A stretch of DNA of 64,000 bases from a virus: positions 1 through 64,000 of the IMG/VR virus record IMGVR_UViG_3300020125_000159; one strand, given 5' to 3'. The position numbers and the translations under genes are program-made. Positions 38,414-48,539 of the stretch are shown one piece after another (position 1 is the first letter of the stretch; each line of letters opens with the position of its first letter). The notes below the pieces were generated by a model, which was not told the origin of the DNA, ran no database searches, and was given only the letters and a program-made list of their open reading frames with translations.

Positions 38414-39673
38414 CTAATCCTCTAGGTTCTGATATATTTCGTCGTCTTTGAATACATCGTCGTTTACGTTTGTGCTTGCCCGATGCTCCTCACCCATCAA
38501 CTTCTTTGTTGGATCAATACTTCGGATTGATTGGAATTTCACGTCATAGTCCTGTAGGTTATCTGATCTGAACACCGTCAAAGGACCGCCGAAGACTATC
38601 GGAGGACTACCTGATTTGCTTGGAGGAATGTTGCAGTTACCAATAGAGCCTCGCGGTCCCCATTGGTCATGGTCTACCATCGAATGTGTTTTCTTCCATA
38701 CATTGTTTCCATTCTCATCTGTCCAATGCTCCAGTTGCACTGAGCCGTCTGGTAAGTTGTATACGATTGTCTTGATTCCGAACCAAGACCCTAACTTGAA
38801 GTTATATGCGCTGTTGTTGTTGACACCTGAGATATCTGTACTGTATCCTGTGGTATGATATAAGTCTTTTTCATATTTCTGACGCGCTAAACCATTAGAA
38901 CCTTTATTGCAGTAGATATTCGCATGATAATTGTCCGAACAACCTAATGCGCATCCACATGGTCCGACACTAGTACTACTTGTTGTGCTTCTCTGTCCAC
39001 GCATGACATGTTCTATATGCGCCTCTCCATTTGATGAGCCACTTCCTACTTGATTGATTCTGTAGTAACTAGTCATTTCGATATTCTTCCAGTCCATTGA
39101 ATCTTGCATGAATCCTTGTTGTGCACATTTTGTAAAGTCGGTGCAAAGCTTGCTCTGATTGAATCCCCCATCTTGTGTGATTGCACCTCTAATCTCAATC
39201 TGTCCTTTGATCTTGAACGAACCGTCTCCGTTGGCAATGTATTTTGGTTTGTAACTATTGCTTGCCTCTGGATTATTGCCACGTGGGTCAGAGGATGGGT
39301 CGTTGGTCATGAAGTAATTAGAGCCTGGTCCATCTCCGTAGATTTTGGTAACACCGAATTGGTCTACATTACCTGGAGTCGGGGTAGGAGTTGGTGTTGG
39401 AGTAGGAGTAGGAACTGGCGTAGGAGTCGGCACTGGAGTTGGTGTCGGAGTAGGGGTAGGGGTTGGCGCGGGTACTGGAGTCGGACTAGTTTTTAAAATT
39501 TGTAAAATTTGATTTGCAATATCTGTTAACTTAGATATGGCTGCTAAAACTGCTGCCTCATCAGGTTTTTTTGGTGGCTTTGGTTTTGGCTTGCCGTGCT
39601 TAGCGAGAAATTCGTCGTCGGTGAGGTTTACTAAATCGTTTTCCTCACTTATTAATTGATCATCTATTGACAT
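38414..39673 (-). CDS. PT-linker plus ConA-like (DxFGV..IY...GGP) domain protein
   Basis: Paralogous to the domains in 33954. Confidence 0.8.
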   Translation of the reverse strand: MSIDDQLISEENDLVNLTDDEFLAKHGKPKPKPPKKPDEAAVLAAISKLTDIANQILQILKTSPTPVPAPTPTPTPTPTPVPTPTPVPTPTPTPTPTPTPGNVDQFGVTKIYGDGPGSNYFMTNDPSSDPRGNNPEASNSYKPKYIANGDGSFKIKGQIEIRGAITQDGGFNQSKLCTDFTKCAQQGFMQDSMDWKNIEMTSYYRINQVGSGSSNGEAHIEHVMRGQRSTTSSTSVGPCGCALGCSDNYHANIYCNKGSNGLARQKYEKDLYHTTGYSTDISGVNNNSAYNFKLGSWFGIKTIVYNLPDGSVQLEHWTDENGNNVWKKTHSMVDHDQWGPRGSIGNCNIPPSKSGSPPIVFGGPLTVFRSDNLQDYDVKFQSIRSIDPTKKLMGEEHRASTNVNDDVFKDDEIYQNLED

Positions 39674-39715
39674 CAATAACTAAAGTGTCAAAAATGATAA
39701 AGGGAACTAAAATCC

Positions 39716-41899
39716 CTATTTCTTCAGTCTAACGTCCCATGTGGTATCTACTTCGAAAGTAGAATTTTTACGTTGTTCGCTTCTCTTCTTATACAATGCA
39801 TGGCGTGAATGTTCGCTCTGATGTAACGCTGTTCTTTTACTGGCCCTATCTATCTCAGTCCATGTTTGCCCATTGTCGTAACTGACTTCTTCATACCCGC
39901 CACTTGCGAGTTGGTATTGTTTTGGTATTACTTTTAATTGATCCATATCTGCCGTTTTTGGTAACTCATTGAACCAGTTTGGAAATACGAAGTCTGATAA
40001 AATCACTCCATCTATTTCATAGAAGCTACTCTCACATGGGTCACATAACTCCTGATACATTAGACATGGTTTGCCTGAAGGATCTAATCCCTTTAAGGTG
40101 ACGTTTGCTGATGGGTCACCTATACATTCAATTATTTCATGACTGAATCCTATGCTTGGTGATTCTCCCGCTTGTTTTTCTGTCTTTGTGAAAATCTTGG
40201 AAAGTGGTTCTCCGTTTGGACCCACATCATGATAAGCTAAGGCGCCTGGCGAATCTGACGTGTCTAGGAATACACAATACCAATCGGCTATGGGTGGTTT
40301 TTGTGACTTTGGTATGAATACGAAATCTACTGAACTTCCCCATACTGGAGCCACATCTCTATCACACTGTTTCTTTAGAGCAGCCATCCATTTCTGTACG
40401 TCTGCATCTGTTGTATCGGTGCTCAGATTTTGTACTGCTATGACACCCATAATCTTTACTGGTGTAGGCGTAGGTACTGGAGTAGGCGTCGGGGTAGGTA
40501 TTGGTGTTGGGGTTGGAATGGGGGTGGGTGTAGGTACTGGCGTTGGTGTGGGTGTTGGAATTGGTGTAGGAGTTGGGGTAGGGGCAGGTGCTCCTGGAAT
40601 TGAGACTATGGCTGAAGTATGATCTGCGACATTGTTTTTGTCTGTTACATATAGAACGAATGTGAGATGATGGTCTATTTCATGACCTCCAGACTTGTTA
40701 CTTGGAGCAGTAAAGCTAATCTTTGGACTATTTTTATCGGCAATTGTTGCAGTTGTTCCACCTGGTTGTGTCCATGTGAATTTCAATCCATCTCCTGAAC
40801 TAGAAGATGCGTCCAATGTGACTGTATCTCCTGCATTCGCAACTGATGAAGCTGGACTAATTATTGCTTTAACTGTCAATGGTGTAGGAGTTGGCGTTGG
40901 AGTAGATTGTAGAGAAGTAAGTATTTCATTGAATGTCGGAGTCAAAGCGTTTAACGCATTAAGAATAGGATCAGGGCCTGGTGTGGGTGTCGGAACAGGG
41001 GTTGGCGTTGGCACAGGTGTTGGGGTAGGAGTGGGCGTAGGTACAGGAGTTGGTGTTGGGGTGGGTGAAGGAGTACCACTAAAATCTATCTCTCTATCTG
41101 ACATTAATGTAAAGTCTACATTCTCCCATCCGTCTACTCGTATCTTGTCAGCCTGACATTTCCATGTACACTTTATACCATATTTTGGACTACCTGTATC
41201 TTCCCAAGTCGCGGCTAATTGCCATGTGTTATTTGGTTTGCCTGTAGAATCGAAAGGAGTTAAATCAACATAATATTCAAATTGACTTGTAGATTTATCG
41301 GCTGATACTTTGTGAACTGATTTAATACCTACCCAAGTATTGTTTGCCATTACTGGCACATGTATAATTTGTTTTACGTTTGGAACATGTTCATATGCTA
41401 GATGAGTATAATTCCAGTTTGCATATACGCCGCTACTATTACTAGGTGTAGGATAATTAGTTTCGACAAGTGATCTAATAGTGTCGTCGTCTCCCCCATT
41501 CACTTTACAAGCAAGTGAGGTATGAACGCCTAAATTGTTATGACCTCTGATATATCCAGTGAGTTCATGGCATTGAATGCCTTGTGTGTCATATAAATAT
41601 CCAGGGTTGTTTGCATATGAGTATTTTTGTTTCTGTCTTTTGCCTCCTCCTGGAATCATACATAAACGAATAGTTCTACCAGATGGAGAACCAGACGCAT
41701 AATTAACTACGTTTCCTGGAGTATTATAATAAACAAGACTACCTTCTGCGTTCCTTGTAACAGGAGCGCTACTGTTTATATTATCGAAATCGAAATGTGA
41801 GTCCGTTCGTGGGTCTTTAAGTGATAAATCAAGATATACTGCCGAACCACCAGAGGCAGTCGGATAAATTTCTGCAACGCCGTCTTTTCCTATGTTCAT
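39716..41899 (-). CDS. ConA-like + PT linker + PKD/Ig + PT linker + HExxE zincin-like domain
   Basis: [13 protein letters not shown]; ALAYHD, SHEIIE, ELCDPCE, LSDFV. Confidence 0.8.
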   Translation of the reverse strand: MNIGKDGVAEIYPTASGGSAVYLDLSLKDPRTDSHFDFDNINSSAPVTRNAEGSLVYYNTPGNVVNYASGSPSGRTIRLCMIPGGGKRQKQKYSYANNPGYLYDTQGIQCHELTGYIRGHNNLGVHTSLACKVNGGDDDTIRSLVETNYPTPSNSSGVYANWNYTHLAYEHVPNVKQIIHVPVMANNTWVGIKSVHKVSADKSTSQFEYYVDLTPFDSTGKPNNTWQLAATWEDTGSPKYGIKCTWKCQADKIRVDGWENVDFTLMSDREIDFSGTPSPTPTPTPVPTPTPTPTPVPTPTPVPTPTPGPDPILNALNALTPTFNEILTSLQSTPTPTPTPLTVKAIISPASSVANAGDTVTLDASSSSGDGLKFTWTQPGGTTATIADKNSPKISFTAPSNKSGGHEIDHHLTFVLYVTDKNNVADHTSAIVSIPGAPAPTPTPTPIPTPTPTPVPTPTPIPTPTPIPTPTPTPVPTPTPVKIMGVIAVQNLSTDTTDADVQKWMAALKKQCDRDVAPVWGSSVDFVFIPKSQKPPIADWYCVFLDTSDSPGALAYHDVGPNGEPLSKIFTKTEKQAGESPSIGFSHEIIECIGDPSANVTLKGLDPSGKPCLMYQELCDPCESSFYEIDGVILSDFVFPNWFNELPKTADMDQLKVIPKQYQLASGGYEEVSYDNGQTWTEIDRASKRTALHQSEHSRHALYKKRSEQRKNSTFEVDTTWDVRLKK

Positions 41900-41968
41900 A
41901 TAAGAAAGAGACTGTGAAAATGATATAGAGAAGTAAGGATTATATCACTTGATACATAATATAACCGT

Positions 41969-42322
41969 ATGCGTAAATGTTCCATTTGTAACTCATCGTA
42001 TACGTTTAAGGATAGTCGAGGACGTGAGCACTGGTATAATGTTAAAATCGCTCCTACATGTGAGAAATGTAATAATATATACAATAAAAATCCTAACCGT
42101 ATAAAATTCATGGGTAAGTATATTGTTATCAAAAATCCAAGAATAGGAGTTTGTAATTTATGTCGTGCAGTTAAAGGATTTGATTGTAAAAGGACACAGA
42201 TGCATCATGATAATGATATTTACAATATAAATAATCCTATTAAAAATACTATAGAGTTATGTGTTATATGTCATAATAAAACAAAGAATGTATTCGGTCA
42301 CAACAAAAAGAGTGTGGATTAA
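41969..42322 (+). CDS. HNH-type homing endonuclease, inserted antisense
   Basis: CNLC...MHH...N.IELCVICH; AT-rich. Confidence 0.7.
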   Translation: MRKCSICNSSYTFKDSRGREHWYNVKIAPTCEKCNNIYNKNPNRIKFMGKYIVIKNPRIGVCNLCRAVKGFDCKRTQMHHDNDIYNINNPIKNTIELCVICHNKTKNVFGHNKKSVD

Positions 42323-43782
42323 CTCTTTGTAATAGTGAATGTGTCTAGCGCGACATTGCCTATATTGAAAAACGTTCCAGTGCAGAGTGTGGCCGCATTC
42401 GTGAAGGCAAGATAAAGATATCCAAAGTCGGCATTATCTGTATATGCTATCCAATTCGGTGTAGGTGTTGTGAATGCAAGAGTAGAATCGAGTGGTTGTC
42501 CTCCTGTTCCCACATTGATCATGATAGGCGCTAATGGATTGATATAAGCATTGGTTCCTGTTACTGTAGCGGTGGGAGTGGTTGGGTTATTATAGAGTAT
42601 AGGATATGTTCTTTGATAATTGTAAGGGTGACCTGACAATACTAAATCTACACCATATTGATCAAATAGTGGATGGTATGCTGCACTAAACGAAGTAGGT
42701 ACATAAGCTCCGACTGGACCAGTACCGCCGTCGTTGTACATGGGTTGGTGATAGCAAACTATTGTCCAGAAGATATTTCCATTCTTAGACGCTGCTGCCA
42801 AATCACTAGCCACGAAGTTATATTGGGGACTGGGATTAACATAAAGAATCTCTGTATTCATTACAAGAAAATGAATAGGTCCGTAATTGAAGCTATAATA
42901 TGGGGTAGTTAGGTGATAATGATTCAGGTAATTGTTCAGTAATGCGGGCTGTGCTGATCCTGGAACCGTTGTATATATTTCCTGATCTCCTAATACCACA
43001 TGAGTTATGGAATCAATAGCACTAGTCATACTGAACCAACATGCGGGATCAGTAGTTAATGCTAAATCTCCTAGTCCTATGAATCGTTGTAAAGGTGGTA
43101 CACTTGTAAGCTTTCCTGCCAAATCATTGATATTTTGTTGTGCTGTGACACTCGCACATGAGAAGCTTCCTGCTGCACCTACACCAAAATCAGGGACTGA
43201 CGACGGTGTTGGTTGGGACGCGCCCTCGACTCTGACGACTACTGAATCTTGAAGATATGGAACTGGGGTTGCGTTAGCCGCGACTATACGATCTAACCAT
43301 ATGGGGTAATAATCACCTGCGTTTAATTTACCTATATATAACGCATTAAATATCGAAGTTGGTTGACTAAAGACTACACCCGCGGGCGGAGTAGTATGAT
43401 CATCTGCTAATAATGCTGGAGTTGAATTAACACCGCCAGCGCCTAAACCCATTTTAAAGCTAACGTCCTGATCGCTGTTAAGAGTCTCGAACCAGATATA
43501 ATTATTCCTTAACGTCGTCCCAACAGCAGTATTCTGAACATAAAAGCAGCGATACTCATGTGTTTGACCTGCTGTTGCCTGTGTAATACTCACAAAATCA
43601 TATAGATTAGAAGGTGCTCCAGAGGTTATTGCCCCTAATGTTATCAAAGAGATTGCTCCTCCTATACTTGAACCACCAAAAGGATTATTCACACCACCTG
43701 AAAGAAAGAATTGTATGTTACCAGATTGTATTGGTGCTGGAGGTAAGGGAGGGCTTGTTGGTGGTGGTGGTGAAGTACTCAT
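42319..43782 (-). CDS. Structural YYLSGG-family domain fused to a degenerate purple-acid-phosphatase fold
   Basis: YYSFNYGPIHF, HQPMY, GVDLVLSGH, VGTGG, FGYL present; metal ligands altered. Confidence 0.8.
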   Translation of the reverse strand: MSTSPPPPTSPPLPPAPIQSGNIQFFLSGGVNNPFGGSSIGGAISLITLGAITSGAPSNLYDFVSITQATAGQTHEYRCFYVQNTAVGTTLRNNYIWFETLNSDQDVSFKMGLGAGGVNSTPALLADDHTTPPAGVVFSQPTSIFNALYIGKLNAGDYYPIWLDRIVAANATPVPYLQDSVVVRVEGASQPTPSSVPDFGVGAAGSFSCASVTAQQNINDLAGKLTSVPPLQRFIGLGDLALTTDPACWFSMTSAIDSITHVVLGDQEIYTTVPGSAQPALLNNYLNHYHLTTPYYSFNYGPIHFLVMNTEILYVNPSPQYNFVASDLAAASKNGNIFWTIVCYHQPMYNDGGTGPVGAYVPTSFSAAYHPLFDQYGVDLVLSGHPYNYQRTYPILYNNPTTPTATVTGTNAYINPLAPIMINVGTGGQPLDSTLAFTTPTPNWIAYTDNADFGYLYLAFTNAATLCTGTFFNIGNVALDTFTITKS

Positions 43783-44087
43783 CCTTTATCTTCAACCATC
43801 CTATTTCCATCGTCATGAAGTGTTATTCTCTTTGGTCCCAATGGGACTACTTTCTTATAAGTTTTATAGTCTTTTATTGTGTCCTGGATTACCTTTAACT
43901 TGGATAACTCGTTATTGATATCATGTTTCTCACTTAGATTAGCCTCATTATTGATATTTCCAGCTGTGAAAGTCCCGTATATATCTCCATTATCATATCC
44001 CCATGTGACATCAATACCCCGTTTTGATGGTATATAGGTAGAAGGATTGATATCACGTAACTTAACGGTCTTACTAAATATGGTCAT
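43779..44087 (-). CDS. Hypothetical tail-region protein
   Basis: Coupled ORF. Confidence 0.6.
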   Translation of the reverse strand: MTIFSKTVKLRDINPSTYIPSKRGIDVTWGYDNGDIYGTFTAGNINNEANLSEKHDINNELSKLKVIQDTIKDYKTYKKVVPLGPKRITLHDDGNRMVEDKG

Positions 44088-44089
44088 AA

Positions 44090-45001
44090 TCAGAACCAGA
44101 CGTCGTTATCCACGCCGACTAACACAGCACCATAAATATACAGATTCTTTGGAGTAGTATTAGTTGTAGTAATCCCAAATCTCATAGTCTTATCTGCGTC
44201 AGCCGCTCCGCTGTTGGGAAGATTTGTGGTCTTCGTGGTTGCCACTGTCTGATCTACGGTACCAATTATATTAGTGGATGGAGTATATGCAAATTTGATA
44301 CCATGAACACCATTGAAAGGTTGAGTTGTATTTGTTACAGTTCTAGTCGTTCCGTCACAACTGACCAACTGGTAAGTTGTACCAGTGCTATCACAGAACT
44401 CGAATCCTAGAGATTTGGTGATTCCAGCAGCGGAACCAGCGCTTTCTATATTTATTCCAATTCTTCCTTGAAGAAAAGTTGTTACTGTCTGCTGTTCAAC
44501 TTTTGCCTGAAACTTTATCTTACTTCCAAAGTCTACTGTTATTCCTCCAATATCTGCTTGTGCTACAGCACTCGTAGTAACACCAGTACTAAGATTGACA
44601 CGCCATCGGTTAGCTGAGATGTTATCTGTGATTGTTCCTGAACTTACAATTGAAGTGAAAAAGTTTGCTACTCTTGGTGATATATAATTTAGATATATCA
44701 ACTGTCCAGTGTTTGATGCAAGGATATCTGAAAATAAGCCTCCTGTTGAAGCTAGATTAGTGCTATGATCATGTGTTGTCATAGGAAGCATCGCTACCCA
44801 CGCATTGTTGGCAGCATTCCTTTGATACATTGTGTTAGCAGTAAAAGCACCTGCACTATCTGTTGAAAATACTAATTGTCCAGGATATGTGGAAGACATA
44901 GCACTAAGATTAGCGGAAGTATCAATTGTTACAGTTTTTTGGTTTAATCGAGCTGCGCTGTCCGAATCCGAACCTGCAGTCCACACGCCTCCTGCTGACA
45001 T
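44090..45001 (-). CDS. Minor tail / fibre protein
   Basis: WTAG...AARLN, GQLVF.TD, HDH motifs. Confidence 0.65.
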   Translation of the reverse strand: MSAGGVWTAGSDSDSAARLNQKTVTIDTSANLSAMSSTYPGQLVFSTDSAGAFTANTMYQRNAANNAWVAMLPMTTHDHSTNLASTGGLFSDILASNTGQLIYLNYISPRVANFFTSIVSSGTITDNISANRWRVNLSTGVTTSAVAQADIGGITVDFGSKIKFQAKVEQQTVTTFLQGRIGINIESAGSAAGITKSLGFEFCDSTGTTYQLVSCDGTTRTVTNTTQPFNGVHGIKFAYTPSTNIIGTVDQTVATTKTTNLPNSGAADADKTMRFGITTTNTTPKNLYIYGAVLVGVDNDVWF

Positions 45002-45037
45002 TAATAATTTATTGTCTGTTTTTTATAAAGATAGGAA

Positions 45038-46030
45038 CTAAGCGCTAATCAATGAAGCGCCTGCTGTTGCAACTGCTCCAAAAGCTATACTGCTAGTAGT
45101 AATCATATTTGTATTAAGATTAGTAACTTCTGCCTGTGTCAGAACTTTCTCTCTGTAGTAACGAAAGTCAGCCATATTTCCCATAAAGAATCCGTCATTA
45201 ACTGCATTGCTTCCGACATACATATTCGTCCTAACATTTGGAAAAGTCGAATCAGTTGGAGTATCAACTATAAGTTTGCCATTAGCGAACATGTCTAATG
45301 CATTAACATATGTCGGATGGACACCATTACTTACATTATAAGTCATGACTACCCAATTCCATGTATTTAATATGAGTGGTGTTGTAGTAGTTACAGAGCT
45401 ATGACTAACTCCTCCACGATAAATCCATGAATGAATAAAGCCGTTAGTATCTATAAATAAAGCCCACATATCGTTAGGGCCATCAATCTTCTCAGCTATG
45501 AATCTTTTTGCTCCTGTGGGAGTGGCAGCAAATGTGGTCGGATAGATAAGTGCAGCTACTGAGAATCCAGTTGTGGTTCCTAGCATCTGAATATTTGTAT
45601 GATCAGCGATTTCAATAGCCTGACTTGTGCCGTCGAAATTCATTGCTATAGTACCAGCAGCTCCGTAGCCTTTGTCTGGACCAATTGCAGCTGTAGGCGT
45701 CTGCCCCAGAATAGTTCCTGAATTGCCTTGAAATGATGCATCTCTTACCACTTTTCCCCATGCGTCGAACCTATACCAGCATGTCAATGTTTTCAGGTCA
45801 GGTTCAAAAGGTATTTTAAATACTGTAGTTTTTGGTTTAGAGCTAGCGAAGCCTTGTTCCTTATACTGATTTATTGAGTTTGTAACCTTGATATAATTCT
45901 TGGTATCTCCAGTTTGTAGTTGTAGTGTTTGAGCTTCGAATTGTGCTAGTCTCTCAGATAGAAGTTTGTAACGCGCAGCTAGTGGGTCTAACGAGTACTT
46001 CCTAATTTGATAAATAAAATTTGAACTCAA
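45038..46030 (-). CDS. LamG-like tail protein
   Basis: AMNFDGTS, WNWVVMTY, FMGNMADFRYY. Confidence 0.8.
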   Translation of the reverse strand: MSSNFIYQIRKYSLDPLAARYKLLSERLAQFEAQTLQLQTGDTKNYIKVTNSINQYKEQGFASSKPKTTVFKIPFEPDLKTLTCWYRFDAWGKVVRDASFQGNSGTILGQTPTAAIGPDKGYGAAGTIAMNFDGTSQAIEIADHTNIQMLGTTTGFSVAALIYPTTFAATPTGAKRFIAEKIDGPNDMWALFIDTNGFIHSWIYRGGVSHSSVTTTTPLILNTWNWVVMTYNVSNGVHPTYVNALDMFANGKLIVDTPTDSTFPNVRTNMYVGSNAVNDGFFMGNMADFRYYREKVLTQAEVTNLNTNMITTSSIAFGAVATAGASLISA

Positions 46031-46033
46031 AAA

Positions 46034-46672
46034 CTAAACACTATATTGATAGAGGGCATGTGACAAAGTAAAGAAGTCAACATTGACTGTATGCGTAACC
46101 CCTTGTCCAGTTGGATAAACAGTTCTAAATAACATAACGCCAGAGTTCGGATCATCAAATACAGCGCCTTCATTTACGGTGCAAGAAGCAATAGAGGGTG
46201 CGAAGAATCCTCCAAATCTCATAATCGCGCCTGCTGCGGTTTGAAAACCGTCTGAAGCTAAACCTACTCTTGCAACTTCGGACTGTAATTGATAGTCTGA
46301 AGCAGAGACAGGATTACTACCAGAACCAGCAGCGAAGTGTGTAAAGTATCCGTTAGCTGCCCCGAATCCAGAGTTTAATCCTACAGAGTTGGTGACAAGT
46401 TCGGCTATCCTAACAAGGCCATCATTTACGACCTTGTTGGTTGATTTGCCGACATGTGTCGGTTCAAACTCCGTGTCGTCTACTGTTTGGTCATTCCATA
46501 ATCTATCCAATTTGTCTGAAAATGAATCACTATAAAGTTTAACTTCCCAATAATTTTTGTTAACTGTAGCATGTCTTATTTTAGTAAATATTTTTGAAAT
46601 ATAACTGAGACTATCAAGATCCCAACTGGCACAATATCCTATACCATGGCGTTCTAGTTTAGAATCTTGCAT
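46034..46672 (-). CDS. Minor tail/baseplate protein
   Basis: NKVVNDGL..GSG..DYQLQSEVAR; start reassigned to ATG 46672 by motif spacing. Confidence 0.65.
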   Translation of the reverse strand: MQDSKLERHGIGYCASWDLDSLSYISKIFTKIRHATVNKNYWEVKLYSDSFSDKLDRLWNDQTVDDTEFEPTHVGKSTNKVVNDGLVRIAELVTNSVGLNSGFGAANGYFTHFAAGSGSNPVSASDYQLQSEVARVGLASDGFQTAAGAIMRFGGFFAPSIASCTVNEGAVFDDPNSGVMLFRTVYPTGQGVTHTVNVDFFTLSHALYQYSV

Positions 46673-46703
46673 GACATTAGGATTTAAAAATAAGAAAAGG
46701 GAA

Positions 46704-48539
46704 CTAACTAATAGAATCAACTAAAAAGTCGACATACTGCACACATAGCAACGACACATACGAAGCGCCATGTGGGTGAGATGGTCTAATTCCTCCACCA
46801 CTTGGCAGGGAGCTTCCCATCTGCCCACTAGATGTACCAACAGCGGTAAAATTATAATCCACCTGCTGTATCTCTACTGCAATTGATTTAGGCGGTGCTA
46901 TTCCTGATAGTGTGTCAACTAGATCAACTAACTGACCTGGTAACCATACAAAATTATTTGGAATAGTAACATATGACATTCCGAACTGTCGTATAGGTTT
47001 AGCAAGAGATGCAAGTATACTAGAAGCATATGTCTGCATAGTCTGATTATCGGTGATAAAACTCACATCATGTACTGCTTCTACCAGTCCGTATTTGTTT
47101 ATGGATAGGGGGTCGCTTGCCTCTGTTAATAGTCTCAAGTTTTCAAAGAATCCATGGGTATAGACTGGACCAGTGCTAGATACGGACCAGCCACCTGTGT
47201 CAGTCTTAAGTGGAAACTGATTTCTGGCCTCAGTGCTTGGATCTAGGACAGCTTGTCTTGTTGCGCTAAATCTGTTTTGAGTTGTAGTGTCCCCGTCATT
47301 ATGCCAGCGCACAGTATTAGATTCGTCAGTGCCCTTTGCGTAAAGGACGATCCAATAAGCTACATTAGGCTGTAAGTTCTGGACATACCACTTATAATTA
47401 AAATCGAATACTGACGTAGGAGTAGGCGGTATACTAGATAATGGAATCTGGAAGTTCATCAGGATAGCACCTGTTGGAAATCCTGTACCTCTATCTTGTA
47501 CAAGTGCGCCTGTTACGGCTTGCACCCCAGCAGCACCCCCAGTTCCAACTGTGGATAAAGTTAGCGCTAGATTCTTTAGCTGTGCACTACCAGGGATTAT
47601 TTGTTGTGCAATGTCCTTATTGAATAAAGAGGTATAGCCAAGGTTTGTACTACCAGCGACATTTGCCTTTGGTGCGATTGTACCACCTTTTAACCATAAA
47701 CGATTAGCGAATCCATCAGCCTGGTCACATGAGTCAACATATGAATACGGACCAGTCCAATATGCCGTCTTGTCGGCTAGGTCATTATCGCCCATCCCAT
47801 TCTTAATAGTAATTCCTGAATGTATTGCTGTGGGATATCTGAAAAATATATCATCGTTTTCTATTCCCCATATCGCGCCACTATAATCTGCTATCTTGTT
47901 TAGAGCTGCAGAGGCTTCAACTAATGGTTGTTGTATTCCAGGAATAAAATTATTCACTCGTGGGTCTATACCATTCTCTGTGAACTGTCCTTGAGAGATT
48001 AGAGTAGGACTTGCACCGAGTGGTAACTGTGACGTGCCTTCAAAAACAGTCTTAAATAAATTATATGCTACCATAGACTGGTCAGTAGTTGCACTGGCTG
48101 AATTATCTACTGAGCTGCGAGTAGCAAACTTTTGAAAATCAATTATGCGTTCATTACAAACAATCTGGCTTCCATATCCTTGAAATATATAATATAGTAT
48201 TCCAGTATCATCTCGATTAACCGTAACCTTCTTACAATATCCATGCAGAATATCTTGATAACTTGTTGCTGTCTTGCCTGCCGATATTATTACACGATTG
48301 CCTAGCCCTACCTGCGTCCTATCTATCTCTTGCTCATTGTCCTCAACGAATATCGAAAATGTTCCAGCTTGGTTGAGTGCCACTGACACTATTACCTGAA
48401 TTACCTTTATGCTATTCGCAGTAGGATTGAATGAGTCATAAGTAAGTAATGTAGTGGTGTTATCATTTGATAACATGGTAACTTTGACTCTGAGTTGTTG
48501 TATGTATGAGGGGTCAGAGGTAGTAAGTCCTGCACTCAT
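46704..48539 (-). CDS. Baseplate hub / Tal-like protein
   Basis: Follows tape measure; ASDPLSINKYG, PGQLV motifs. Confidence 0.7.
   Translation of the reverse strand: MSAGLTTSDPSYIQQLRVKVTMLSNDNTTTLLTYDSFNPTANSIKVIQVIVSVALNQAGTFSIFVEDNEQEIDRTQVGLGNRVIISAGKTATSYQDILHGYCKKVTVNRDDTGILYYIFQGYGSQIVCNERIIDFQKFATRSSVDNSASATTDQSMVAYNLFKTVFEGTSQLPLGASPTLISQGQFTENGIDPRVNNFIPGIQQPLVEASAALNKIADYSGAIWGIENDDIFFRYPTAIHSGITIKNGMGDNDLADKTAYWTGPYSYVDSCDQADGFANRLWLKGGTIAPKANVAGSTNLGYTSLFNKDIAQQIIPGSAQLKNLALTLSTVGTGGAAGVQAVTGALVQDRGTGFPTGAILMNFQIPLSSIPPTPTSVFDFNYKWYVQNLQPNVAYWIVLYAKGTDESNTVRWHNDGDTTTQNRFSATRQAVLDPSTEARNQFPLKTDTGGWSVSSTGPVYTHGFFENLRLLTEASDPLSINKYGLVEAVHDVSFITDNQTMQTYASSILASLAKPIRQFGMSYVTIPNNFVWLPGQLVDLVDTLSGIAPPKSIAVEIQQVDYNFTAVGTSSGQMGSSLPSGGGIRPSHPHGASYVSLLCVQYVDFLVDSIS

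Noticed and set aside
40260-41156. Plus-strand GVGVG ORFs
   Set aside because: Antisense shadows of the PT linkers
42319-43782. Active phosphatase auxiliary metabolic gene
   Set aside because: Most metal-binding residues are substituted
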